This document shows, in pieces, positions 1 through 9,307 of a stretch of 16,399 nt of DNA. Made by a program: the position numbers and the translations under genes. Position 1 is the first letter of the stretch. Every line of letters starts with the position of its first letter. The stretch is from an uncultured archaeon. GTDB lineage: Archaea; Asgardarchaeota; Lokiarchaeia; Sigyniarchaeales; SOKP01. Under the pieces are notes generated by a model. That model worked only from the letters and a program-made list of their open reading frames with translations. It was not told the origin of the DNA and made no database searches. The stretch covers positions 1 to 16,399 of the forward strand of contig CAZDTP010000072.1 in the NCBI GenBank assembly GCA_964508365.1, given 5' to 3'.

Positions 1-250
1 TTATCTATCCCCATAATATAGATGACTAAGGTTTCTTTTTTCGGCTTCCGTAGTGTTTTTTGCTGAGTTGGTTGATTTTACGTGAACTTACTTTACGCTC
101 CTGACTTTATTCCTCACAAAATGTGCCGTACTAACAACTGTTAATAAAATATCAAAGATCTGCTTTTTTGAAATGATATTGTTCATATGAACTTCTTCGG
201 AATGGATGAAAATGATCACATCTTGACTGAAAACATGGATCGAGATTATT

Positions 251-270
251 AAAAAACAAAGCTTTATAAA
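251..270 (+). promoter_or_regulatory. Candidate archaeal BRE/TATA promoter for the + strand frhB-like/hdrA unit
   Basis: A-rich tract (aaaaaacaaa) followed by TTTATAAA at 263-270, about 170 nt upstream of the TTG at 443. The region is AT-rich, so a chance match is possible. Confidence 0.3.
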
Positions 271-442
271 CTTTTTCTCTATATATTATTTGGGTTTCCC
301 GATAATTATTTGTCAGTTTACAAACAAAAGTACTGTAATCGGAAACTCGACTACTGAGAACAGTTATGATATATTTGATTTAGTAGAATAAATTATTAAA
401 AATGAAAATGAGAATAACGAAAAAGAGCGGTAAAGGGGTATT

Positions 443-1585
443 TTGAAAGTTAAAAGTTTTGAGGATTTAATAGAAGAAGTCCATAAAAAAGGGATTTGTC
501 AGCAATGTGGAGGTTGTGTGAGTTTCTGTAATTCGATGGAATACGACGTAATTGGTTATAAAGAGCCGAATTCTCCTCCAGAATTTATAAATAAAGAAAA
601 TTGTCTTAAATGCGGAATTTGTTATCATATATGTCCACAGACTCACGTATTGGACAACGATCTCGATAGAACCTTTAACGTGTTAAATTTTTTATCTATG
701 CCCCTTGGTAATATTTGTGATCTCTACTCATGTCAAGCGGTAGATTACGACTTTTTACGCCATGGAACTGATGGAGGAGTTGTAAACGCACTGCTTAATT
801 TCATGTTTCAAGAGAACTTAATAGATGGAGCTATTGTGGCAAAAACAAGAGCTCCTTTCTCGAGAGAGCCTTTTTTTGCTAAGAGCAAAGAGGATTTACT
901 CAGTGCGTCAGGGCTTAAATTAGGGGTTTCCCAGCAATTAGACGAAGTTCAAAGGTACCATTCCTATTCGAGTTCACTTCCTAAGATAAGCAGTACCAAG
1001 TTTAAAAAGTTAGCGGTGGTCGGAACTCCGTGCCAAATTTATACGATTAGGTGTATGCAAAATCTTGGCATCATTCCTTCACAAAATATAGAGTTTTGTT
1101 TAGGATTATTTTGTTACGAGAATTTCGAATTTGACCAACGAAAAGTGGAGCAGTTTGAGAGGGAATTCAATATTAAGTTCGAGAACATCGAAAAGATTAA
1201 GATTAAAAAAGACCTTATTATACAGTTAAAGGCAGATAAAACAAGAGAGTCATTAATTCATATACCTTTTGAGGATTTAAAAGATTATATGCGACCAGCT
1301 TGTAATGCGTGTCGCGATTTTACAAATGTATATGCTGATGTGTCGTTTGGAGGTTTAGGTTCTCCAGAAAATTTCACCACAGTAATTACAAGAACAAAAA
1401 AGGGATGCAAATTAATAGCTGAAGCCCTAAAACGAGGAATTTTTATTAACTTAGAAATCGATTCTTCGAAAGAAAAACTCGTCAAGAATCTTCTTTTTGA
1501 ATATTCAATTTCAAAAATAGAGCGAAAAGAGAACTTCTTGAAATCAAAATTAAGACCTCTAAAAGAAATTAAATCTACGGTTTAA
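443..1585 (+). CDS. Coenzyme F420 hydrogenase/dehydrogenase beta-subunit family protein (FrhB/FdhB/FpoF-like) with N-terminal 2x[4Fe-4S] domain
   Basis: N-terminal CQQCGGCVSFC and CLKCGICYHICP ferredoxin motifs. FrhB-family motifs TDGGVV, VGTPCQ, GLFCYENF, RPACNAC-DF and ADVSFGGLGS. TTG start preceded by AGGGGT. Confidence 0.9.
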   Translation: MKVKSFEDLIEEVHKKGICQQCGGCVSFCNSMEYDVIGYKEPNSPPEFINKENCLKCGICYHICPQTHVLDNDLDRTFNVLNFLSMPLGNICDLYSCQAVDYDFLRHGTDGGVVNALLNFMFQENLIDGAIVAKTRAPFSREPFFAKSKEDLLSASGLKLGVSQQLDEVQRYHSYSSSLPKISSTKFKKLAVVGTPCQIYTIRCMQNLGIIPSQNIEFCLGLFCYENFEFDQRKVEQFEREFNIKFENIEKIKIKKDLIIQLKADKTRESLIHIPFEDLKDYMRPACNACRDFTNVYADVSFGGLGSPENFTTVITRTKKGCKLIAEALKRGIFINLEIDSSKEKLVKNLLFEYSISKIERKENFLKSKLRPLKEIKSTV

Positions 1586-1654
1586 AAATTAACAAAATTA
1601 AATTTAAAATTAATTCCAAAAACTATATGGTGATGTTGTAAAAGGGTGTATTAA

Positions 1655-3691
1655 ATGTCTGATTTACAGATCAAAGTTAGAATCGGTGTTTATATCTGCA
1701 GATGAGGAGTTAATATTGGTAATAGCGTTGATTGCGATATCGTAAGAGACTTCGTTGAAATGCTCCCAGATGTAGAAATCGCGAGAGTAAACAATTTCAC
1801 TTGTAGCGATCCAGGGCAGAATATTATTAAAAATGATATTTTAGATATAGGATTAAATCGGATCGTTGTTGCAGCGTGTACTCCAAAAATTCACGAGTCT
1901 ACTTACCGAGCTGTGTTAATCGAAGCTGGATTGAGCCCCTATTACTTTCAAATGGTAAACATTCGCGAGCATTGTTCGTTTGTGCACCAAAACGACATAA
2001 AAAATGCCACTGAAAAAGCGATAAGAATGGTAATAGGAGGAATAAATCGAGCTCGCCAGTTAGAAGTCATCCCTTACAAGGAGATTCCAGTGAAGAAAGC
2101 TGCTTTAGTAATCGGTGCGGGGATAGCAGGAATGAATGCAGCTTTAGACTTAGCAAACCAAGGTACAATTGTTTATCTTGTCGAAAAAGCAGCTACTATA
2201 GGGGGAAAGATGGCACAATTAGACAGAATCTACCCTACAGACGATTGTGGTATATGAGTTCTGGCACCAATTATGGTTAGTACTTCGAAACATCCTAATA
2301 TAACCTTACTTACATACAGCGAAATCGTTGAATTTAGTGGTATCCCCGGGAATTTCAATGTTAAAGTAAAGAAAAATCCGCGGTATGTAAACGAAAAAAA
2401 ATGCACAGGCTGCGGACTATGTACGGAAAAATGTCCTATCAAAGTTCCTAACGAATTTAACAGGGGAATTGGTGAAAGGGGCGCGATTTACATACCTTTT
2501 CCACAATCTATACCTAAAATCGCCACAATAGATAGGAGTGTATGTATTGAATGCAATAGCTGTCAAAGAAATTGTCCTGCCGAAGCAATTGAGTTTGAAC
2601 AACAACCGGAATATATTAATTTAAATGTTGGGGCAGTAATAGCTGCAACTGGTTGGGACGAGTATCCCATTATGAAATATAACGATTATAAATACGGTAT
2701 TTATCCTGATGTGATAACTCAAATAGAGTTAGAGCGAATGCTAAGTCCGATTGGACCAACAGGAGGCCATCTTTACAGAATTTCTGACGGAAAAAAGCCA
2801 AAAATAGTAGCTATGATTCAATGTGTTGGTTCAAGGTCGTTAAAAAGAAACCCATATTGTTCTGTAGTATGCTGTAGCGTTGCTCTTAAAAACGCTCAGC
2901 TGTTAAAACAGGAATATCCCGACATGGAAATAGTCATATTTTACATAGATATGCGCACATGGGACAAAGGAAACGAAGAATACTATAGAAAAGTGAGAGA
3001 AGCAGGTGTTTTAACAATTCGGGGGAAAGTAGGAGATATTCAAGAAGACCAAGAAACAAAGAAGTTAAAACTTACAGCCTCTGATACTCTTTCGAATCAA
3101 ATAGTTAATCTGAACGCTGACTTAGTCGTTTTATCAACGGGTATGGTTCCATCCAAAAGTTCAGCAAAACTAACTGAAACATTAGGTTTGAGTACAGATA
3201 GTTATGGATTTCTATCCGAGATTCATGGGTGTTTAAAGCCTCAGGAGACAACTAATATGGGAATTTATATATGTGGATGCGCTGCCGGTCCAAAAAACAT
3301 ACCATCATCCGTCTCAACAGCTTTAGCGGCCGCAAGTAAGGTAGCTACATTGCTTTCGAAAGACACAATTATTCAAGAATTAATGATAGCGGAAGTTGAC
3401 GATACACTCTGTTTGGGGTGTCGTAGATGCGAAAAACTCTGTAACTACAACGCTATAAAAGTCAACGGATATGCAATTGCTGAAGTAGATGGTTTAAAAT
3501 GTAAAGGTTGCGGCGTTTGTATATCATCTTGTCCTGCTCGTGCAATTGATCTTAAATATTATCGTGATAAACAAGTAATTGAAGAAATAAAGGGGATTTG
3601 TAGTACTGCCCTTGAATATAAGGAGGAATTTATTGAATCAATTGAGCTTATTTGGAAAAGAATAGAAGCTTTAGCTCCCCATCAAACTTAA
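1655..3691 (+). CDS. hdrA: Heterodisulfide reductase subunit A, selenoprotein with two Sec (U17, U201), 678 aa
   Basis: ATG 1655 (AAGGGTG upstream) reads MSDLQIKVRIGVYICR-TGA(1703-1705)-GVNIG. It continues in frame into ORF 1760-2257, through TGA 2255-2257 (YPTDDCGI-TGA-VLAP) and into ORF 2273-3691. In-window paralogs read RIGVFICHCGTNIGG and FPTNDCSICILAP, so both TGAs occupy Cys positions. Full HdrA architecture: N-terminal domain, GAGIAG FAD motif, inserted 2x[4Fe-4S], CSVVCC, C-terminal 2x[4Fe-4S]. Confidence 0.93.
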
Positions 3692-3762
3692 TCTGAAAAA
3701 GAATGATCCTCTTAAAAAAATCATAGTTGAGAGGTAACTAACCCATAGCATGGGTTTTCAGA
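3692..3762 (+). promoter_or_regulatory. SECIS-like 3'UTR RNA structure of the Sec-hdrA
   Basis: Starts directly after the TAA. AUGA at 3703-3706, stem UCCUCUUAA (3707-3715) with UUGAGAGGU (3727-3735; includes U.U and U.G), then unpaired A run 3716-3720. A second hairpin AACCCAU/AUGGGUU (3740-3756) and closing helix UCUGAA/UUCAGA (3692-3697/3757-3762) complete the fold. The 3' core strand is UAAC rather than canonical NGAN. Confidence 0.55.
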
Positions 3763-3780
3763 ATATTATATAAAAATATG

Positions 3781-3817
3781 TGATATAAATTTATATCATT
3801 AATTCAAATTAATTTGA
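3781..3817. repeat. Two adjacent perfect palindromes between convergent genes (possible terminator or protein-binding site)
   Basis: tgatataaatttatatca (3781-3798, 18 bp) and tcaaattaatttga (3804-3817, 14 bp) are each their own reverse complement. Confidence 0.5.
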
Positions 3818-3909
3818 TTTATTTGATTAGAAATCTATCTTTCTTATTTTAGCTTCTTTAAGTTAATAATGTATAAAATCGTTTATCCAATGGTTGCTAA
3901 ATAATTTGT

Positions 3910-5025
3910 TTATTTCTTGGTTTTTAAAGAAATTAATTTTTTATACCATTCTAATTTCTTATTCTTCCATTCAATAGTATAGTTAGATGGAACAATAAAT
4001 TGCTCAATTATATCTTTTGAAAGCATAGTATTAATTACATTTTCACCATTATCAGTTCTAATTATTATCATCGAATATCCTTCTGGTGCTCCAGAGGCCC
4101 CAACACTAATATCTGTAAACCTTCCTGTGAATTCATCACATTCATGGCAAGTATTTCTAACAGCGGGGTCTAAAGTTTTAATATCGATTTCAAATTCCTT
4201 ATCATCTCTGGTTTGTATAAAGAAATTCTTTTTTATCCAAGTTTTTTTGATTATAGTAGGATCCACATTGGTTTTTGTCATTAGAATATCATACAATTGA
4301 GTATAATTAAAATTTTCAAAACAGAAAAGACCTATAATATATTTAATAACATGAGCAGGTTTAACATACAAAAATTTCATTTTACTAACAGCTCTACATT
4401 GACAAGGTGTTCCTACAAATGCTATACGTAGATTGTCAATATCATGAATTCCTTTCTTATCAAGGATTTCTCGAGATATATTAGAAAGATCTTTTAGAGG
4501 TAGGATTTGAGAAGATATTGAATAGCGCGTTCCAGCAGACTTTAAGAGTTCTTCTTTATTGAATATTATTTTTGGAATAGGTTCTAAATTTATGTCATAT
4601 TCAGAGACGATAGCAGCATCAATTTTCATTTCTTCAAATAAATAAGTTAAAATTGTTGAAACAATTCCACCATCTTGTCCAACTTTCTCAATTGCTTTTT
4701 TAGTAGTTTTTGCAGCTAAGATTTTAATAATATATCCAAGCTCATCCTCAACAGACCAGGTTTCATTTAATTTTTCTATTACCATAGGTGTTTGAGGACA
4801 TATGTAATAACATACTCCACACTCATTACAATTTTCCACAGTTTTATCTGATTTAAACTTAGGAGAATAATGATCCATTTCAATAACATTGAAACTCTGA
4901 CTTTCGCAATAAGCTATACATGCCCCGCATGCACAACATTGCTTATTGTTAATTACTTCTTTTTCAAGATCTTTAAATGTTTTTACAATTTCTGTCAATT
5001 TTTTATTAGACTTTATTTCTGTCAT
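3910..5025 (-). CDS. Second FrhB/FpoF-like F420-binding protein with N-terminal 2x[4Fe-4S]
   Basis: CCACGACIAYC and CNECGVCYYICP motifs; QDGGIVS, SAGTRY, VGTPCQ, GLFCFENF, CHEC-EFTGRFTDISVGASG. Confidence 0.9.
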   Translation of the reverse strand: MTEIKSNKKLTEIVKTFKDLEKEVINNKQCCACGACIAYCESQSFNVIEMDHYSPKFKSDKTVENCNECGVCYYICPQTPMVIEKLNETWSVEDELGYIIKILAAKTTKKAIEKVGQDGGIVSTILTYLFEEMKIDAAIVSEYDINLEPIPKIIFNKEELLKSAGTRYSISSQILPLKDLSNISREILDKKGIHDIDNLRIAFVGTPCQCRAVSKMKFLYVKPAHVIKYIIGLFCFENFNYTQLYDILMTKTNVDPTIIKKTWIKKNFFIQTRDDKEFEIDIKTLDPAVRNTCHECDEFTGRFTDISVGASGAPEGYSMIIIRTDNGENVINTMLSKDIIEQFIVPSNYTIEWKNKKLEWYKKLISLKTKK

Positions 5026-5048
5026 GATTCTATCGTTAAATTTTCTTT

Positions 5049-8000
5049 TTAACTAGTTTTCATTTTAATTTTTCCAGATAGTTTAAGAATATTTGATTCT
5101 CCTAATTTGCTTATTTTATCTGTAAATTTCGTAATTTTTTCTGCAAACATTTTTCCTTCACTAGCAGAAATTTGATGGATTTCTATTCTATCATCTTCAA
5201 TTCCAATTTTACGTAAAAGATTTTTGAGATGATCCATTCTAAAATAAGCCTTTTCATTTCCACTAATATAATGACAATCACCTATATGACAGCCCGCAAT
5301 AAAAACTCCATCAACACCATTTAAAAAGGCTCTTAGAATATAACTTTTAGACATACCTCCAGAACACATTGTCCTTATAACTCTAACATTTGGGGGATAT
5401 TGATAGCGACTTACACCTGCTAAATCCGCTCCAGCATAACTACACCAATTACAGAGAAACGCTACTATCCTTGGTTTCCATCCCTCATCGAATGATTTTA
5501 CAGCTTCGTCAACCATTGGTTTAATCTGTTTATTTCCATAATGATTCATAATAATTGCAGAGGTAGGACATTCAGCAAAGCATGTTCCACATCCTTTACA
5601 AACAGCTTTAATAACTTGAGCTTTTTTTATATGTTCTGTAAATAATCCCATAGGCCTAGTAATATCATACAATCGAATAGCATTATAAGGACATATTTCA
5701 AGGCATTTTCCGCAACCTATACATTTTTCTTCATTTACATAAGAAGTGATACCTTCGGTTTCTAACATATCTTTAGATAAGATTGTTACGGCTCTAGATG
5801 CTGCTGAAAGAGCTTGTGAGATACTTTCTTTTATGTTTGCAGTTCCTCGTGCCGTTCCGCATAAAAACACTCCATCTGTTGCAAAATCAGATGGTCTTAA
5901 TTTAACATGTGCTTCTAAAAAGAAATTATCTTCATTTAACGGAACTTTCAATATCTTGGCGAGATCAGAGTTTTCCTTGGGGGCGACAATGCCTGTACTT
6001 AATACAACTAAATCAGCATTAAATTTCAGTTCTCCAATATCAGTTCTACTTAATAAAATAGTTAGGGTCTCATTATTGACCTCCACTTCTGGAGGTTTAT
6101 CTTCATTAAATCTGAGAAAGATAATCCCTTTATCCCTAGCTAAATTGTAATATTTCTCCTTAAAGCCATAAGTCCTAATATCGCGGAATAAAACAATAAT
6201 ATTAATATCTGGATTAAGTTCCTTCGTTTTCAAGGCATTTTTTATTGCTTCAGAACAACATATTCGACTACAATAGGGATGCTCTTCATTTCTAGAGCCA
6301 ACACATTGTATCATAACCATTGATTTTATGTTTTTTATTTTCATTTCATTAGAAAAGAGAATTTTTTCTAATTCTGCTTGCGTTGTGATTCTATCATCTT
6401 TTCCGAATAGAAATTCATTGTTCTGTGGTTGATATTCTTTTGCACCAGTAGCTACAATAATAATACCATGATCAACACTTGTTTTTATACCTTCTTTACC
6501 ATAGATTATTTTTGTATTAAAATTGCCAATATATCCATTAATAGATTCAATTTCAGCATCAAGAAACACATTTACTAATTTATGTTCAGTAATTTTTTGT
6601 ATTAAGTTTGTAATGAATTTTTGAACATCATCATTTTCTAAAGTCCTAAAAATTTTATTTGAGAAACCACCTAACCTATCAGTTTTTTCTATAATATATA
6701 TTTCATATCCTTGATCTGCTAAATTCAAAGCTGCTGTCATTCCTGCAACTCCGCCTCCAATTACGATTCCCTTATGAGTAACTTGGACTTTTTGTTCTTC
6801 TAAAGGAACAAGGTTTCGAGCTTTTGCAATAGACATTCTTACTAAATCTTTAGCCTTATTAGTAGCTTCGTCGGGCTCATGCATATGTACCCAAGAACAT
6901 TGATCTCTTATATTTGCCAAATCAAATAAATATTTATTTAAACCTGCTTCTCTAATAGTTGCTTGGAATAAACGTTCGTGTGTTCTAGGTGTACATGATG
7001 CTACAATTACTCTATTAATCTTATGTTCTTTAATTTTTTCTTTAATGTTTACTTGAGTGTCTGCTGAACAGGTATATAAATTTCTTTCAGCATATACTAC
7101 ATCAGGAAGGGTTGCTACATATTCAACAACTTCAGGGACATTAACAACCCCTCCAATATTAATACCACAATGACATATAAAAATACCAATTCGAGGAGGT
7201 TCATCACTTATATCCAACTCTTCTGGAAGCTCCTTTTCTTCAACTAATGTATTCTTTACATCAGATAAAAGAACATTAACTTCTCCCGCTGCCGCACTAG
7301 CTTCAACAACCGTTTCGGGGATATCTTTTGGCTCAGAAAACATTCCGCACACATAAATTCCCTTTCTGGAAGTCTGTACTGAAGAGAATGGTTTAGTTTC
7401 GCAAAAACCGTACTCATTTAGGTTTATATTTAATTTCTCTGCTAATTTTTGAGCTTTATGGTGTGGTTTCGCTCCTACTGAGAGAACAACTAAATTGAAA
7501 GTTTCTTCAATGATCTCACTTAGTTCAGTTTCATAATGTAGAATAAGATCATTAGTTTCTGAATCTTCCTTTATAGATGAAATTCTACTTCGAATATACC
7601 TTACTCCATATTCTTTTTTTGCGCGTTCGATATATTTATCAAAATCTTTTCCACAGGCTCTAATATCCATCGAAAATATTGTAGGTTGAACAAGCTCCAT
7701 GTGTTCTTTAGCAATTACAGCTTCTTTAGTAGTGTACATACAACATACAGATGAACAATATTCTATTCCAATACGTTTATCTCTTGAACCAATGCATTGT
7801 AAAAATGCTATTTTTCTAGGAATTAAACCATCAGAAGGTCTAAGTATAGTCCCAGTAAAAGGACCACTAGCACTTAAGATTCTTTCAAACTGAGTACTTG
7901 TAACTACATTTAAATATTTCCCATAACCATAAATTTTAAGAGGTGCTGGATCAAATTCATCAAATCCAAGAGCTAAAATAATAGCACCAACATTGATTCT

Positions 8001-8534
8001 AATATTTTTATGCTCAAGTGTGTAATCTATAGCGTTAGCTTCACATCTTCCTTCGCAAATGCCACATCCTATACACATATCTTTATCTATAGAATATACT
8101 AATGGTACTGCTTGAGGAAATTTTACTGATATTGCCGATCTTGTTGAAAGCCCTTCATTGAATATATCAATAGCTTCTACAGGACAAACTTGGGAGCATA
8201 GCCCGCAGCCTGTACATTTATTTTGATCCAAATATAAGGATTTTTGTTTAATATCAACAAAAAAATTTCCTGCTTCCCCTTCTACCTTTTCTATACTAGT
8301 TCCTATAAGAATATCTATATTTTCATGTCTTCCTGCTGCGACGAGTTTTGGGGCAAGGATACAGATTGAACAATCGTTAGTAGGAAAGGTTTTATCTAAT
8401 TGAGCCATCACACCACCTATGCTCATTGTTGATTCAGCTAAATAAACTTTGTATCCAGAATCTGCTAAGTCCATAGATGCTTGTATACCGCCGATGCCAC
8501 CCCCAATGACTAAAACAGCGCCAACTTTTTCCAT
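5049..8534 (-). CDS. hdrA: Large HdrA-family fusion: HdrA FAD module with inserted ferredoxin + HdrA N-terminal domain/FAD module/C-terminal ferredoxin + MvhD
   Basis: Two GGG(I/V)(G/A)G FAD motifs. DKTFPTNDCSIC appears in module 1 only and RIGIFICHCG precedes module 2. CSSVCC and CSRICC motifs; C-terminal MvhD motifs FLCNWCSYAGAD, MCSG, GCHIGDCHY. GAGGA SD upstream. Confidence 0.92.
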   Translation of the reverse strand: MEKVGAVLVIGGGIGGIQASMDLADSGYKVYLAESTMSIGGVMAQLDKTFPTNDCSICILAPKLVAAGRHENIDILIGTSIEKVEGEAGNFFVDIKQKSLYLDQNKCTGCGLCSQVCPVEAIDIFNEGLSTRSAISVKFPQAVPLVYSIDKDMCIGCGICEGRCEANAIDYTLEHKNIRINVGAIILALGFDEFDPAPLKIYGYGKYLNVVTSTQFERILSASGPFTGTILRPSDGLIPRKIAFLQCIGSRDKRIGIEYCSSVCCMYTTKEAVIAKEHMELVQPTIFSMDIRACGKDFDKYIERAKKEYGVRYIRSRISSIKEDSETNDLILHYETELSEIIEETFNLVVLSVGAKPHHKAQKLAEKLNINLNEYGFCETKPFSSVQTSRKGIYVCGMFSEPKDIPETVVEASAAAGEVNVLLSDVKNTLVEEKELPEELDISDEPPRIGIFICHCGINIGGVVNVPEVVEYVATLPDVVYAERNLYTCSADTQVNIKEKIKEHKINRVIVASCTPRTHERLFQATIREAGLNKYLFDLANIRDQCSWVHMHEPDEATNKAKDLVRMSIAKARNLVPLEEQKVQVTHKGIVIGGGVAGMTAALNLADQGYEIYIIEKTDRLGGFSNKIFRTLENDDVQKFITNLIQKITEHKLVNVFLDAEIESINGYIGNFNTKIIYGKEGIKTSVDHGIIIVATGAKEYQPQNNEFLFGKDDRITTQAELEKILFSNEMKIKNIKSMVMIQCVGSRNEEHPYCSRICCSEAIKNALKTKELNPDINIIVLFRDIRTYGFKEKYYNLARDKGIIFLRFNEDKPPEVEVNNETLTILLSRTDIGELKFNADLVVLSTGIVAPKENSDLAKILKVPLNEDNFFLEAHVKLRPSDFATDGVFLCGTARGTANIKESISQALSAASRAVTILSKDMLETEGITSYVNEEKCIGCGKCLEICPYNAIRLYDITRPMGLFTEHIKKAQVIKAVCKGCGTCFAECPTSAIIMNHYGNKQIKPMVDEAVKSFDEGWKPRIVAFLCNWCSYAGADLAGVSRYQYPPNVRVIRTMCSGGMSKSYILRAFLNGVDGVFIAGCHIGDCHYISGNEKAYFRMDHLKNLLRKIGIEDDRIEIHQISASEGKMFAEKITKFTDKISKLGESNILKLSGKIKMKTS

Positions 8535-8536
8535 AT

Positions 8537-9307
8537 TTAATCCTCTTGAATTGATATAAATGTTGGAATTATATCATTAATTATATCAAAATCAACTAAT
8601 CCTCTAGATTTGAGGTATACTATATGTTCTAATACTTTATTTGGTTTAACATTGATTTCCTTTGATATTTCCGGAACAGATTTACCCTTATTCTTTATTT
8701 TTACTAATATTTTATGGCGGAGATATTCATCATTAATTGCCTGCTCTAAAAGCTTATTATATTCCTCTTCGGGGACTATTTCCTCATATACATTGCCTTC
8801 TGTTGTTATAGATCTTTTTCTTGCTACTAAAGCTCTTAATCTTATATCTGATAAAGCTGATTTTATTGCTTTAAGCTCATCTGTTATTTCTGCTTTTTGA
8901 TTCTTATCTTTTATAGGGGAGGGCCCTAAATTACGGACTTTTTCTGTGAATTCATTAACAACTTGAGCAAATCTATTACCCTCTGAAGCAGATACCCAAT
9001 CTAAACGTAATCGTTCAGAGAATCCACTAAATCCTAATATTTTATCTAATAATTCCATTTTTATAACAGCTTCATAATTTCCGCTAATGTAATGACAATC
9101 TCCAAGATGGCAGCCTAAAACAAGTACACCATCGACCCCTTTTAAGAAAGCCTCAAGGATAAAAACAGGATCAACCCTTCCGCTACACATAACCCTAATC
9201 ACTCTTAGGTTAGGTGCATATTGGATTCTACTTACCCCAGCAAGATCTGCACCAGCATAAGAACACCAATTACATAAAAAACCTAGCAGTTGAGGTTCAT
9301 AAGTCAA
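8537..9307 (-). CDS. mvhD: MvhD-type [2Fe-2S] protein with ~120-aa C-terminal extension ending in an HTH-like segment
   Basis: FLCNWCSYAGAD, RVMCSGRVDP, GCHLGDCHY, RLRLDWVSASEG, all Cys with no Sec. TTG start follows the upstream TAA directly, with GGAGGTGA SD. Confidence 0.88.
   Translation of the reverse strand: MTYEPQLLGFLCNWCSYAGADLAGVSRIQYAPNLRVIRVMCSGRVDPVFILEAFLKGVDGVLVLGCHLGDCHYISGNYEAVIKMELLDKILGFSGFSERLRLDWVSASEGNRFAQVVNEFTEKVRNLGPSPIKDKNQKAEITDELKAIKSALSDIRLRALVARKRSITTEGNVYEEIVPEEEYNKLLEQAINDEYLRHKILVKIKNKGKSVPEISKEINVKPNKVLEHIVYLKSRGLVDFDIINDIIPTFISIQED

Noticed and set aside
1-250. Possible gene or IS fragment at the left edge
   Set aside because: Only short open frames on either strand, with no recognisable motif or terminal inverted repeat.
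1760-3691. hdrA as a pseudogene or as two separate ORFs (165 aa + 472 aa)
   Set aside because: Both stops are TGA, in frame and at conserved Cys positions, and a SECIS-like element follows. Sec recoding explains this better.
5049-9307. Selenocysteine in the MvhD domains (VhuD-type)
   Set aside because: All expected ligand positions are Cys codons, and there is no in-frame TGA.
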